Shown in pieces: positions 41,701-50,337 of a stretch of DNA of 64,000 nucleotides (position 1 is the stretch's first letter; each line of letters begins with the position of its first letter). Source of the DNA: Gemmatimonadales bacterium (GTDB lineage Bacteria; Gemmatimonadota; Gemmatimonadetes; Gemmatimonadales; GWC2-71-9); the NCBI GenBank assembly GCA_036006525.1, contig DASYPP010000047.1:8077-72076 (forward strand), given 5' to 3'. The notes under the pieces are model-generated. The model saw only the letters and a program-made list of their open reading frames with translations, searched no databases and was not told the DNA's origin. The position numbers and the translations under genes were made by a program.

Positions 41701-43046
41701 GGGCGGGTGATGATAATGATGATCTGGCCCGTGAGGCCGCCGGTCCGCGGATCATCGGTCTGGATCGCTTCGGGGAGCGGCGGCCGCTGGAGCGGCGGTT
41801 GGCCGCCGACCTGGCCGGTGATCAGCCCACCGTGACTGGGAATCGACCCGGTGATCACGTTACGCAGGGTGACGACTCGCGGGGCCGGCGTGCCCGGCTG
41901 CTGGGGACGGTCCGAGCCGGTGGGAACGCCACCCTGGATCCCGGCCAGCTGGGCTGGCGTGGTTCCGATCGCCGCGGCCATCCGCTGGTTCTGGGCCTGC
42001 TTGTCTTTCGCGGTCCGGAAGTTGGGATCCCGTGCGACGGCCGCGCTGAACTGCTCGGCAGCGGCCTGGTAGTCACCCCGGTCTTCGGCTTCCAACCCGC
42101 GGCTATACGCCAGGAAGGCCTGGAGGTCGGCGGTGGGCCGCTCGCTGATGGCGCGGCGTTCGGCGGCGGACAGCGTGATCCCCATTTTCTGCAGTAACTG
42201 GAGGACCACGGTTTTTTCCACTTCAAAGAGCTGCTGCAGCCGGTCGGTTGCCGCACCCGTGGCAGTCACCGAGGCATTGGTGGCGTTCACCACGTTGGCA
42301 TCGAGCCGCAGCTGGCTTCCATTCCCCGGCTGGTCCTGCAGGGTGCCCTGGACTACGCTCGCGGCCCGAAGCATCCGGCCTGACCGCGCCCCAGTGGCCG
42401 TCTGGACCCGGCCGGAATCGGTCAGCTGCATTTCATCGAGCAGGGCCTGAACCCGTTCCCGCTCCAGCAGCCGCAACCGGGCGACTTTGCTCAGGTCGGT
42501 CACGATCAACTGGGACAGACCTCGCTCCAGTGGCCGCAGCTCTTCGTTGGCGCCCCGATAGCGGAAAGGGAAGACCGCGATGGTGTTCTCGACCGGGGCT
42601 GACTGGGTGAGTACCGCTTCCTGGGCCAATGCGTTGCGGGCATCCTGCTGCAGCTCTTTCCTGGTGAGCAAGGTCAGCCGAGCGGTCAGTTCCTCCCGCT
42701 GGCCGGAGGTAATGCGCATGGCGCCGGCGCGGCCATAGCTGACCCGGGCCGAGTCGAGATTACCCAGCTCCTCGTAGGAGAGCCCGAGATAAACCGCCGC
42801 GGCGTAGGAAGTGGGCTCCACGACCAGTGTAGCGCGGAGTGCATCCCGGGCCTTGGTGTAATCCTTGGCATCGAAGTAGGCGATGCCGAGCCGGGTAAGC
42901 ACCGACGCATCGTTGGGCCGCTGCTGCCTGGCCGCCTCGAGCGCGGGAATGTCGGCAGGCGTCGGGGCGGGCGTCTGTACTGAATGGGCACATCCCGAGA
43001 CGACCGCGGCGAAACCCGCCAACGCGAGCGCACGCATCCTGATCAT
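41697..43046 (-). CDS. TPR plus CsgG/LpoB-like domain lipoprotein
   Basis: Lipobox AVVSGC. TPR (LGIAYFDAKDYTKARDAL). IAVFPFRY..LSQLIVTDLSKV..LLERERVQALLDE resembles the CsgG/LpoB-type fold. Confidence 0.65.
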   Translation of the reverse strand: MIRMRALALAGFAAVVSGCAHSVQTPAPTPADIPALEAARQQRPNDASVLTRLGIAYFDAKDYTKARDALRATLVVEPTSYAAAVYLGLSYEELGNLDSARVSYGRAGAMRITSGQREELTARLTLLTRKELQQDARNALAQEAVLTQSAPVENTIAVFPFRYRGANEELRPLERGLSQLIVTDLSKVARLRLLERERVQALLDEMQLTDSGRVQTATGARSGRMLRAASVVQGTLQDQPGNGSQLRLDANVVNATNASVTATGAATDRLQQLFEVEKTVVLQLLQKMGITLSAAERRAISERPTADLQAFLAYSRGLEAEDRGDYQAAAEQFSAAVARDPNFRTAKDKQAQNQRMAAAIGTTPAQLAGIQGGVPTGSDRPQQPGTPAPRVVTLRNVITGSIPSHGGLITGQVGGQPPLQRPPLPEAIQTDDPRTGGLTGQIIIIITRP

Positions 43047-43155
43047 AGGGTCCTGGAACGAGAAAGGAGGTCCCGGCAATGTACCGGCCGCTCCCCGGCT
43101 CGGCAACCAGCCGGACTAAGGGGATAGGAGCTTGAGGGTTACTGCAATTTGGAGG

Positions 43156-43560
43156 CTACTTGATCTCCAACTCCAGGTCCTCGTCGTAGGCCCGGTGGGG
43201 AAGGCAGAAAATCCGGTATTTTCCCTTCGGAACTGACCGTGGAATCACGATTTCGTAGCTGTCGTTCTGGCGCATCAGGGGCCCGCGAAGGTCCCCGACC
43301 CGCCGGGGGAGCGCCCGGTTCCAGGCCTCGTGAACCGCGGGGGTCATCCCCTGGGGATCGACGCCAAGAGCATGGGGTGCCCCGCTCTCCGCGTGGAAGA
43401 CCAGGGTGTCTCCGGGACTCGCCGTAAGGTCGTCCGGGGACATCTCATGGCTGACATTCTCGCCTCCGGTCAGGTCAATGCGATGGGAGCGGACGGCCGG
43501 AGCCGGGCCGGCCCCGAGACCGAGGCAAAGGACTGCGGAAACCGCGAAAAGCTTTATGAT
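43156..43560 (-). CDS. Cupredoxin-like (plastocyanin/pseudoazurin family) protein, start uncertain
   Basis: H..CLPH..-type copper-ligand spacing (FHAESGAPH, FCLPHRAY). The signal peptide IIKLFAVSAVLCLGLGAGPAPA is preceded only by ATC/ATA. Confidence 0.5.
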   Translation of the reverse strand: MIKLFAVSAVLCLGLGAGPAPAVRSHRIDLTGGENVSHEMSPDDLTASPGDTLVFHAESGAPHALGVDPQGMTPAVHEAWNRALPRRVGDLRGPLMRQNDSYEIVIPRSVPKGKYRIFCLPHRAYDEDLELEIK

Positions 43561-43660
43561 GGTTACCCCCGAGGATTTGCCGAAGCCTGAAAAGCCGGAT
43601 AGATTCGAATCGGGAAGCAAACTGCCGGAATGCAGGCGGCTTCCGGGAAGGTCAGGGCCG

Positions 43661-43915
43661 GTGGGTCGACGCGGCATCAAGGAGTATCGGGCAGCCGAAG
43701 CTCTCACGCTGATCGCGACAGATCGCGACCACAAACCTCTGGTCTGCCCCAGTTGCGGCAGCACCGAAATCGAACGGACTCCCAGGCGCCTGCCGCGCGG
43801 CGCGCCCGACCTGGGACGGATTACCCTGCACTGCTCGTCCTGCGGACGCTCTGCCGTCTATCTCGCCGTCACCAACCCGGGCGGCCAACCCCAGACCGAG
43901 GGATCGAAGGAATAA
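43661..43915 (+). CDS. Small zinc-ribbon protein (tentative)
   Basis: CPSCGS..CSSCGRS pairs. GTG 43661 chosen. Upstream in-frame codons overlap the cupredoxin gene on the other strand. Confidence 0.4.
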   Translation: MGRRGIKEYRAAEALTLIATDRDHKPLVCPSCGSTEIERTPRRLPRGAPDLGRITLHCSSCGRSAVYLAVTNPGGQPQTEGSKE

Positions 43916-43926
43916 GGTCGAGGTGT

Positions 43927-44685
43927 TCAGTCCGGCGTCGTGAACAACCGTCCCCACCGTATCGCCGTCAGGAATCTTAGCGGCTTGTAGCTGTTCTTGT
44001 CGTAGCTGTAATACACGATGAGCGGCGTCCCCCGGACATTGAGACGGGGAAGAAATCCCCAGTAGCGTCCGTCGTAGGAACTGTCCCGGTTGTCGCCCAT
44101 CATGAAGAACGAGTCCCGGGGCACCACGATCGGCCCCCAGTCATGGAGATCGGGTTGGTAGGTGGCCGGGTCCCGGTTGACCAGATACCGGGCCTGCCAT
44201 TGCCGCATCTTGGCCCGCTGGAAGGGATCCTCGCTCTTGGCGGGATCCGACTTCACCGCGTAGGGCTCTTCCATCTTCTTGCCGTTGATGTAGAGCTCGC
44301 CATTCTCCATCGAGAGGGTGTCCCCCGGCATGCCGATCAGCCGCTTGACGATCTTCATTCCCTCCTGCTCGACCGAGTCGAACACCAGGATGTCGCCTCG
44401 TTTGGGTTCCCGGATCGCGGGAAGGTGCTTCCCGGTGAACGGGACCTCGGCGCCGTAGAGCGCCTTGTTCACGAAGAGGAAATCGCCTACCAGCAGGGTG
44501 TTCTCCATGCTTCCGGACGGAATCCGGAACGCCTCGATCAGGAAGGTCCGGAGCACCAGCCACACCACGAGCGCAATCGCGATGGACTTGGTCCAGTCCC
44601 ACAACCAGGCGCTGAAGGAGCGATGGGGCGGCTCCACCCGGGGTTGGGGCTCGGCGACAGGCTCGGTTTTCTTCTTGGCCATCAT
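43927..44685 (-). CDS. lepB: Signal peptidase I
   Basis: SGSMENTL (catalytic Ser box), a VKRLIG-type Lys box (KRLIGMPGD), and GDNRDSSYDGRYWG. Confidence 0.85.
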   Translation of the reverse strand: MMAKKKTEPVAEPQPRVEPPHRSFSAWLWDWTKSIAIALVVWLVLRTFLIEAFRIPSGSMENTLLVGDFLFVNKALYGAEVPFTGKHLPAIREPKRGDILVFDSVEQEGMKIVKRLIGMPGDTLSMENGELYINGKKMEEPYAVKSDPAKSEDPFQRAKMRQWQARYLVNRDPATYQPDLHDWGPIVVPRDSFFMMGDNRDSSYDGRYWGFLPRLNVRGTPLIVYYSYDKNSYKPLRFLTAIRWGRLFTTPD

Positions 44686-44697
44686 GAATCCTTTGAT

Positions 44698-45744
44698 TTA
44701 CTCGACCCAATCCGCAATAAACAGATTGGTTTCGCCTTCAACCTTGAAGTTACGATTGGATGCCCAGACGAGTTTCCGGGCATCGGGGCTGAACATGGGA
44801 AAACCGTCGAATGTCCCGGCCGTGGTGATCTTGGTGAGCCCGGTCCCGTCCAGGTTCACCAGGTACAGGTCGAAGTTTCCGCTCCGCGGGGTCTCATAGT
44901 TCGACGAAAAGATGATCCGCTTGCCATCGGGATGGAAGGAGGGAGCGAAATTCGCACCCCCCAGGTGAGTGATCTGCCGGGGGTTGCTGCCGTCGGCGTT
45001 GGCGACCCAGAGTTCCACTCGGGAAGGCCGGACCAGGCGCTGGCCGAGCAGGGCCAGGTAGTCGGCCGAGTCGGCCGCGGTGCCGGGATAGCCGGCGCGC
45101 CACACGATGGTCTTGCCGTCCGGTGAGAATACCGCACCGCCATCGTAGCCCACCCGGCGGGTGATCCGCCGGACATTGCTGCCGTCGACGTTCATGGTGT
45201 ACAGATCGAGATCGCCGTCGCGGGTGCTGGTGAAGATGATGGTCTTCCCGTCCGGCGAGAGGGTGCCCTCGGCGTTGTAGGCGCCATTGTCGGTCAGCTG
45301 GCGAAGGTCGCTCCCGTCGGGCTTCGAGGTATAGATCTCGAGGTGACCGACCGGCCACACGTATCCATGGGAGCGGTCGGGGACGGGGGGGCAATCGGGT
45401 GAGTTCTTGAAGGTCGAGCTGTAGAAGATCCGCCGGTCATTGTCGTAGAAATAGCCGCAGGTGGTCCGGCCCAGGCCGTTGGAGACCCGGTGCACGCCGG
45501 TCCCATCGATATTCATGATGTATTCCTGGTCGCAGGCCACGTTCACCTGCTCCTGGCGCTGGAAAATCAGCTGCTTGCCGGACGCGGAGAAATAGGATTC
45601 GGCGTTGTTCCCGCCGAAAGTCAATTGCTTGATGCTACCGAGGTGGCTCTCCCCCGGCTCCGACGGTATCGGCACGGCCGGAGACGGCTGGCGAGAACAA
45701 CCGGCTAGTATCGCACTGACGAGCCACAGCTTTCCGAACTTCAT
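44698..45744 (-). CDS. TolB-like PD40/WD40 beta-propeller lipoprotein
   Basis: Lipobox AILAGC. Repeated SPDGKTIIF / HPDGKRIIF / SPDARKLVW PD40 units. Confidence 0.75.
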   Translation of the reverse strand: MKFGKLWLVSAILAGCSRQPSPAVPIPSEPGESHLGSIKQLTFGGNNAESYFSASGKQLIFQRQEQVNVACDQEYIMNIDGTGVHRVSNGLGRTTCGYFYDNDRRIFYSSTFKNSPDCPPVPDRSHGYVWPVGHLEIYTSKPDGSDLRQLTDNGAYNAEGTLSPDGKTIIFTSTRDGDLDLYTMNVDGSNVRRITRRVGYDGGAVFSPDGKTIVWRAGYPGTAADSADYLALLGQRLVRPSRVELWVANADGSNPRQITHLGGANFAPSFHPDGKRIIFSSNYETPRSGNFDLYLVNLDGTGLTKITTAGTFDGFPMFSPDARKLVWASNRNFKVEGETNLFIADWVE

Positions 45745-45775
45745 TGGTCCACCCTTTCAAAAACTGCACGGTTTA

Positions 45776-46243
45776 TCATTTGAGTTCTTTAATGGACGCC
45801 AGCACCTCTGCCGCGTGCCCTTTCGGCTTCACCTTCTCGAACACCCGGGCAATCGTGCCATCCGGCCCGATGAGAAAGGTGGTGCGGAGAATTCCCTTGT
45901 ATTTCCTGCCATACATCGATTTGTCCCCCCACGCGCCATAGGCATCGGCCACCGCGTGGTCCTCGTCCGTCAGCAGGGGGAAAGGCAGCTTGAACTTGGC
46001 CCGGAACTTCTTGTGGTCGGCGAGCCCGTCGGGAGATACGCCGAGTACCACCGCGCCGGTTTTCTGAACATCGGCCCAGCTGTCCCGGAACTCACAGGCC
46101 TCGACGGTACACCCGGGCGTGTCGTCCTTGGGATAGAAATACAGCACTACCGGCTTTCCCTTGAGACCGGAGAGCGACACCGTTTCGCCGCTGTCGGAAG
46201 GGAGAGAGAAGGCGGGCGCCTTGGAGCCAGTCTTAAGCGACAT
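45776..46243 (-). CDS. bcp: Thiol peroxidase Bcp (peroxiredoxin)
   Basis: YFYPKDDTPGCTVEAC motif. Confidence 0.85.
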   Translation of the reverse strand: MSLKTGSKAPAFSLPSDSGETVSLSGLKGKPVVLYFYPKDDTPGCTVEACEFRDSWADVQKTGAVVLGVSPDGLADHKKFRAKFKLPFPLLTDEDHAVADAYGAWGDKSMYGRKYKGILRTTFLIGPDGTIARVFEKVKPKGHAAEVLASIKELK

Positions 46244-46276
46244 TGAAGGTTGATGATTGAAGATTGACGATTGACA
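46242..46276. repeat. Heptamer tandem ATTGAAG x5 filling an intercistronic gap
   Basis: ATTGAAG GTTGATG ATTGAAG ATTGACG ATTGACA. It spans from 1 nt after the M14 stop codon (46277-46279) to 1 nt inside the bcp ATG (46241-46243). Confidence 0.8.
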
Positions 46277-47866
46277 TCAGTTGCCTTCCACCACTTCAAG
46301 ATCGGCAACCAGCGGTTTCCTCACCCGGCGAATCGGGGCGTTGGCGTGCTGGCGAAGCGAGCGGTCCAGGAAGTTCCAGGTGACGAATCCATCCTCGCTC
46401 GCCGGTTCCAGCAGATACGCGGCCAGCACACCCAGGCGTTGGGTGACCGGCACGTAAAATGAGCCGGCCCGGGCGCTGTCCGCCGCCTGGGGAGACCAGT
46501 GGCCTTCGACGGTCACCGCCCGATGGCCTTCAAACACAAAGCGGGCGGATGTGATGGTGTCCACGCTGAAGGTCTCGACGTCGCCGCGCCAGGGAGTGCG
46601 CAGCCGCTCCACCACGATCCCCTGGGCCAGCAGCAGATTCACCAGGTCGGGGAAGGCAGGCGGGACGAGATAGCCGGCTGGCAGCGCCTCTCTCCGAAGT
46701 GCGGTGAAGCGATCGAACACCGGCATCCGGATGGTGCGGTACACCCCGGTGCGGCGGCGGTGGGCGAACGGCCCGGCCCCGTCATCCGCCGGTTCGGTGA
46801 TTTCCGCGATCACGTCCTGCACGGTGGGCGGCGCCATGACCGATCGCACGGTGACCGAGTCCGGCCGAAAGTCATTGGACGCGAGCGACAGTGCCTGGAC
46901 CCGGACCGATTGTTCCGCGAGCAGGCTCAGGATTTCCCGCACAAAGTTGTAGGTCACCGATATGCGGTCACCGAACGGCGCATTGCTGTAGGCTTCGCTC
47001 AGAATTGAGAACCGGCCTCGCAGGCCCATCAGGTTGGTGCCGAAGCGGGGCCGGGGGTCGTAGGTCTCCCACCCCTGGATCAGCGAATCGGGCGTCTGGT
47101 TCCGGAAGTTGCCGTACCAGAAAGTCTCCTGGTGATGGCGCTGCCGCATCCGCTCCCGGATGGTGGGAAGAAAACGGTCGCGAACGTAATCGTTGGCCGG
47201 CGGGCTGTTGGGATTGAGCCCGGGCGAATAGGTCAGCAAGTAACCATGATAGCTGCCATTCGTGGTATGCAGGTCAATGAAGACATCCGGATCCCAGCGC
47301 TCGATCAGGGCCAGCGAGGCGCGGGTCTCCGGCGCTTCCTGCTTCACGTAGTCGCGGTTCAGGTCGTAGCCTTGGCCATTGGCGCGCTCCCCGACCGGGG
47401 ACGGGCCGTTCTGCCCGGGACGGTTCACGTCGCCCGGGGCGAAATGATCGTTCCCGTCCGCATTGTAAATCGGCACCACCAGCAGGATGACGCTGTCCAG
47501 CAGCGGCTTCAACGGACCCACCGTCAGGTCCCGGAGCAGCATCTGGGCAGCCTCCTTCCCCTCCACCTCGCCGGCGTGAATGTTGGCCTGGAGATAAACG
47601 ATCGGTTTCCCGCTTCGATGGGCCGCCGCCGGGCCGTCCACCATGGGGCGGGCGGCGAGCAGTACCGGGACCTGGCGCCCTTCGGGGCTCAGGGTCAGCG
47701 TCCAGGCGCGCAGGTCGGGGGTTCGCCGCTCGAGGCTGTCGAGAAAGGCGAGCACCTGCTGCTGGGACGAGGTTTCGCGGTTGCTGGTTCGCTCAGGGGT
47801 GGTGACCTGGGCAACGGCGGGCGAGCTCAAGACGAGCAGGAACAGGGCGACACGCAAGATGGACAT
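46277..47866 (-). CDS. M14-family zinc carboxypeptidase
   Basis: HxxE zinc motif (NIHAGEVEG) and a signal peptide from ATG 47866. Confidence 0.75.
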   Translation of the reverse strand: MSILRVALFLLVLSSPAVAQVTTPERTSNRETSSQQQVLAFLDSLERRTPDLRAWTLTLSPEGRQVPVLLAARPMVDGPAAAHRSGKPIVYLQANIHAGEVEGKEAAQMLLRDLTVGPLKPLLDSVILLVVPIYNADGNDHFAPGDVNRPGQNGPSPVGERANGQGYDLNRDYVKQEAPETRASLALIERWDPDVFIDLHTTNGSYHGYLLTYSPGLNPNSPPANDYVRDRFLPTIRERMRQRHHQETFWYGNFRNQTPDSLIQGWETYDPRPRFGTNLMGLRGRFSILSEAYSNAPFGDRISVTYNFVREILSLLAEQSVRVQALSLASNDFRPDSVTVRSVMAPPTVQDVIAEITEPADDGAGPFAHRRRTGVYRTIRMPVFDRFTALRREALPAGYLVPPAFPDLVNLLLAQGIVVERLRTPWRGDVETFSVDTITSARFVFEGHRAVTVEGHWSPQAADSARAGSFYVPVTQRLGVLAAYLLEPASEDGFVTWNFLDRSLRQHANAPIRRVRKPLVADLEVVEGN

Positions 47867-47885
47867 GGCGCGAGCAATATAATCC

Positions 47886-49835
47886 CTAGTTCCCATCGAT
47901 CCCTTCAATCCGTATCCGTGTTTCCAGCACATCCGGCTCCTCATCGATCAATTGGAAACGGGTTTCCGGAATGAGGCTCAAGCCGCCGCGCCGAGGCAGC
48001 GTGCGGTCGGCTGCGGACAGGTTGCGCCAGGTGGAGGCCACCCGCGGATCGCGCAGCACCTGCCCGGGATCGGCGGCACTCAGCAGCAGGGTGAGGGTGG
48101 CGCGGGGATCGCGGAGGGCCGCGTTCAGCGCCCGCACCATGGCGTACCCCAGCACGTGGGGGTCATCCTCCGTCAGGCTCAGTCGCTTCTCTGCTTCCCC
48201 GAAGCGGAGGAGTGGATACCGCTCCGACAGCGGCTGCATGATCTGCTCCGCCGCCCACTCGGCGAGTCCTTCGGCCTGGAACGGGTTCAACTGGTTGAGC
48301 CGGATCGATCCTCCGGCGGCCGGGAACACCATGGCAGAATCCCGGAGGTGCTCGTGCAGCAGGTGCTGCCACTCATGCACCAGGGTTGCCAGCGCCAGCA
48401 ATGGCTCGTAACTGGGATCGAGCAGGATCAGGTCGCGCGGCTCCAGGAAACCGTTAAACGACTCCGCCGCGGCCTGGCCGACCGCGGTAAGGCGATAGCG
48501 CTGTCCGGGAAGCTCGAGGTACGAGTTCCCCGGCGACGAAGGCAGCCGGTGAATCGCGGCCACCAGGCTGGGCCCTTCATGCCGCGCCAACCATTCTTCC
48601 GCCGGCGCATTCAGCGGCTGGACCAGGTGATGCACCATGGCGCTGTCTACCCCGACCCGGGCGGACCCTTCGGGATAGCCGTAGCTCCGGGACCGGATCT
48701 CGGGAACCGCGGCCGGTCGCTTCCAGAACGCCGTTACCCGGTCCGCGATCGACATCCGGGAATCGAAGACTGGTTGCTCGAGCAGCAGCCGGAGCACCGC
48801 GACATACCACTGGGCCGCGCTCTCATAACCGTCCAGCAGCGCCAGCACCGCGTTCTTCGACTCCGGATCCGGAGTGCGCATCTGTTGCAGCGTGGCGCGG
48901 AAAGCGAGCGAATCAATCGTCCGCAGCGCGAACAGCCGGTATAGCGCGAGGGGAATGTCCGCGAGCTCCGGCGGGGGAGAGGCCGGCAATAAACCCGCGG
49001 CCGCGAGCGCAGGCCGGGCGGATTCCCAGGTGACGGTGCGAAGGGTCTGCCGTGCCCGCGCCAGTGCGACATCGTGGATGTCCACCTGCCAGGCGCCGGT
49101 CGGCCGGAAGAGGTAGTCGAATCGCGCGGCAACGATTTCGTCGGCGATATTCTGTCTGACCTGTTCCAGGACGGCGACCGCCGATTTCAACATTTCGTCG
49201 CGGCGATACAGCCCCATCGCACGAAAAAGGCCGACCGTGCCCAGGCTGTCGGGGGTCAGGGGGGCGAGTCCGGCTCCCAATGCCAACTCGACGTAGCTGG
49301 CGCGCAGTGTCTGGGGGGTAATGCCCTGGGCCTGGATGGCGGCGAGCCAGCGGCCAGGAATCCGGAACCGGGATTGGCTGGAGCCCCACACCACCTGGCG
49401 AAGCCGAAAGGCGGGAGGCGAGGGATAGAACTCATCGCCGGGATCGAGCCGGATACCGGCGACCGCATACTCGTCACGGTTCAGCCGTAATGTTCCCTGG
49501 AGCGCGTCGGCGACGGGCTTGAGGTCCAGCACCAGCCGCACGGCGGGAGCCTCGGCGTGAAGAGCGCCCCCTGGCTGGGGCACCAGTCTCGTCAGGGTGA
49601 TGGTAGATGAATCGGGGCGCTCGAGAAGAATCGAACCTCGCCACGACGAACCGGTCGAGTCGAGCACCAGCTCGGCGAGCATCGGGCGGCTCGATTCCAG
49701 CGAAAGGCGCCAGCGGCCCACTAACTGCGCACTCAGGAGTGAGGGAATCCAGATCAACAAAAAAACCAATGTGGGAATGTGGGACTGTGGGAATGTGGGA
49801 ACAGTTCCGGTTGCGCGGCTGGTTTGTTCCCACAT
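47886..49835 (-). CDS. Hypothetical secreted protein with HEXXH motif
   Basis: LVHEWQHLLHEH. Signal-like LVFLLIWIPSLLSAQ. Start is ATG 49835 or TTG 49769. The N-terminal 204 aa of ORF 47886..50447 are discarded. Confidence 0.55.
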   Translation of the reverse strand: MWEQTSRATGTVPTFPQSHIPTLVFLLIWIPSLLSAQLVGRWRLSLESSRPMLAELVLDSTGSSWRGSILLERPDSSTITLTRLVPQPGGALHAEAPAVRLVLDLKPVADALQGTLRLNRDEYAVAGIRLDPGDEFYPSPPAFRLRQVVWGSSQSRFRIPGRWLAAIQAQGITPQTLRASYVELALGAGLAPLTPDSLGTVGLFRAMGLYRRDEMLKSAVAVLEQVRQNIADEIVAARFDYLFRPTGAWQVDIHDVALARARQTLRTVTWESARPALAAAGLLPASPPPELADIPLALYRLFALRTIDSLAFRATLQQMRTPDPESKNAVLALLDGYESAAQWYVAVLRLLLEQPVFDSRMSIADRVTAFWKRPAAVPEIRSRSYGYPEGSARVGVDSAMVHHLVQPLNAPAEEWLARHEGPSLVAAIHRLPSSPGNSYLELPGQRYRLTAVGQAAAESFNGFLEPRDLILLDPSYEPLLALATLVHEWQHLLHEHLRDSAMVFPAAGGSIRLNQLNPFQAEGLAEWAAEQIMQPLSERYPLLRFGEAEKRLSLTEDDPHVLGYAMVRALNAALRDPRATLTLLLSAADPGQVLRDPRVASTWRNLSAADRTLPRRGGLSLIPETRFQLIDEEPDVLETRIRIEGIDGN

Positions 49836-49868
49836 TCTGTTATTCCCACATTCCGGCATTCTCACATG
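49768..49868. repeat. Oligomer-tandem palindrome (AATGTGGG octamers); left arm is a G4 motif
   Basis: Left arm AATGTGGG AATGTGGG ACTGTGGG AATGTGGG. Right arm CCCACATT CTGTTATT CCCACATT CCGGCATT CTCACATG. Confidence 0.85.
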
Positions 49869-50332
49869 TCCTGCCATTCCTTCGTGATCTGCTCGATGTC
49901 CCGCCATTCGCGGGAGATCTGTTCCACCAGGTCGGCGGTGTCGGCGGGCGCGTGGAGCCGAGTGGCGATATCGGCCAGCGCGATGATGCCGATCAGGCGG
50001 CGGCCGTCCACCACGGGAAGCCGGCGCACCTGGGAGCGGGCCATGGTTTCCAGCGCCCGCTGGATGTCGTCCTCGGGGGCGCAGGTGATAGGGTTGGGGG
50101 ACATCACGTCGCGCACCGAGGTGGTCGCGGGGTCGCGGCGGCCAGCGATCACCTTGATCGTCAGGTCGCGATCGGTGATGATGCCGACCAGCACCATGCT
50201 GTCCCGGTTTTCGACCACCGGCACCGAGCCGACATTGCGGGCCCGCATCAACTGGGCGACTTCCAGCGCCGTCTGGTCCGGCTGACAGCTGGCCGGATCC
50301 GGCGTCATGATGTCGCGACAGAGATGGGGCAC
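49862..50332 (-). CDS. CBS-pair domain protein
   Basis: Two CBS motifs (RDIMTPDP..VPVVEN..LVGIITDRDL and VRDVMSPNP..LPVVDGRRLIGIIALADI). Start is GTG 50332 or ATG 50308. Confidence 0.7.
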   Translation of the reverse strand: MPHLCRDIMTPDPASCQPDQTALEVAQLMRARNVGSVPVVENRDSMVLVGIITDRDLTIKVIAGRRDPATTSVRDVMSPNPITCAPEDDIQRALETMARSQVRRLPVVDGRRLIGIIALADIATRLHAPADTADLVEQISREWRDIEQITKEWQDM

Positions 50333-50337
50333 GATGA

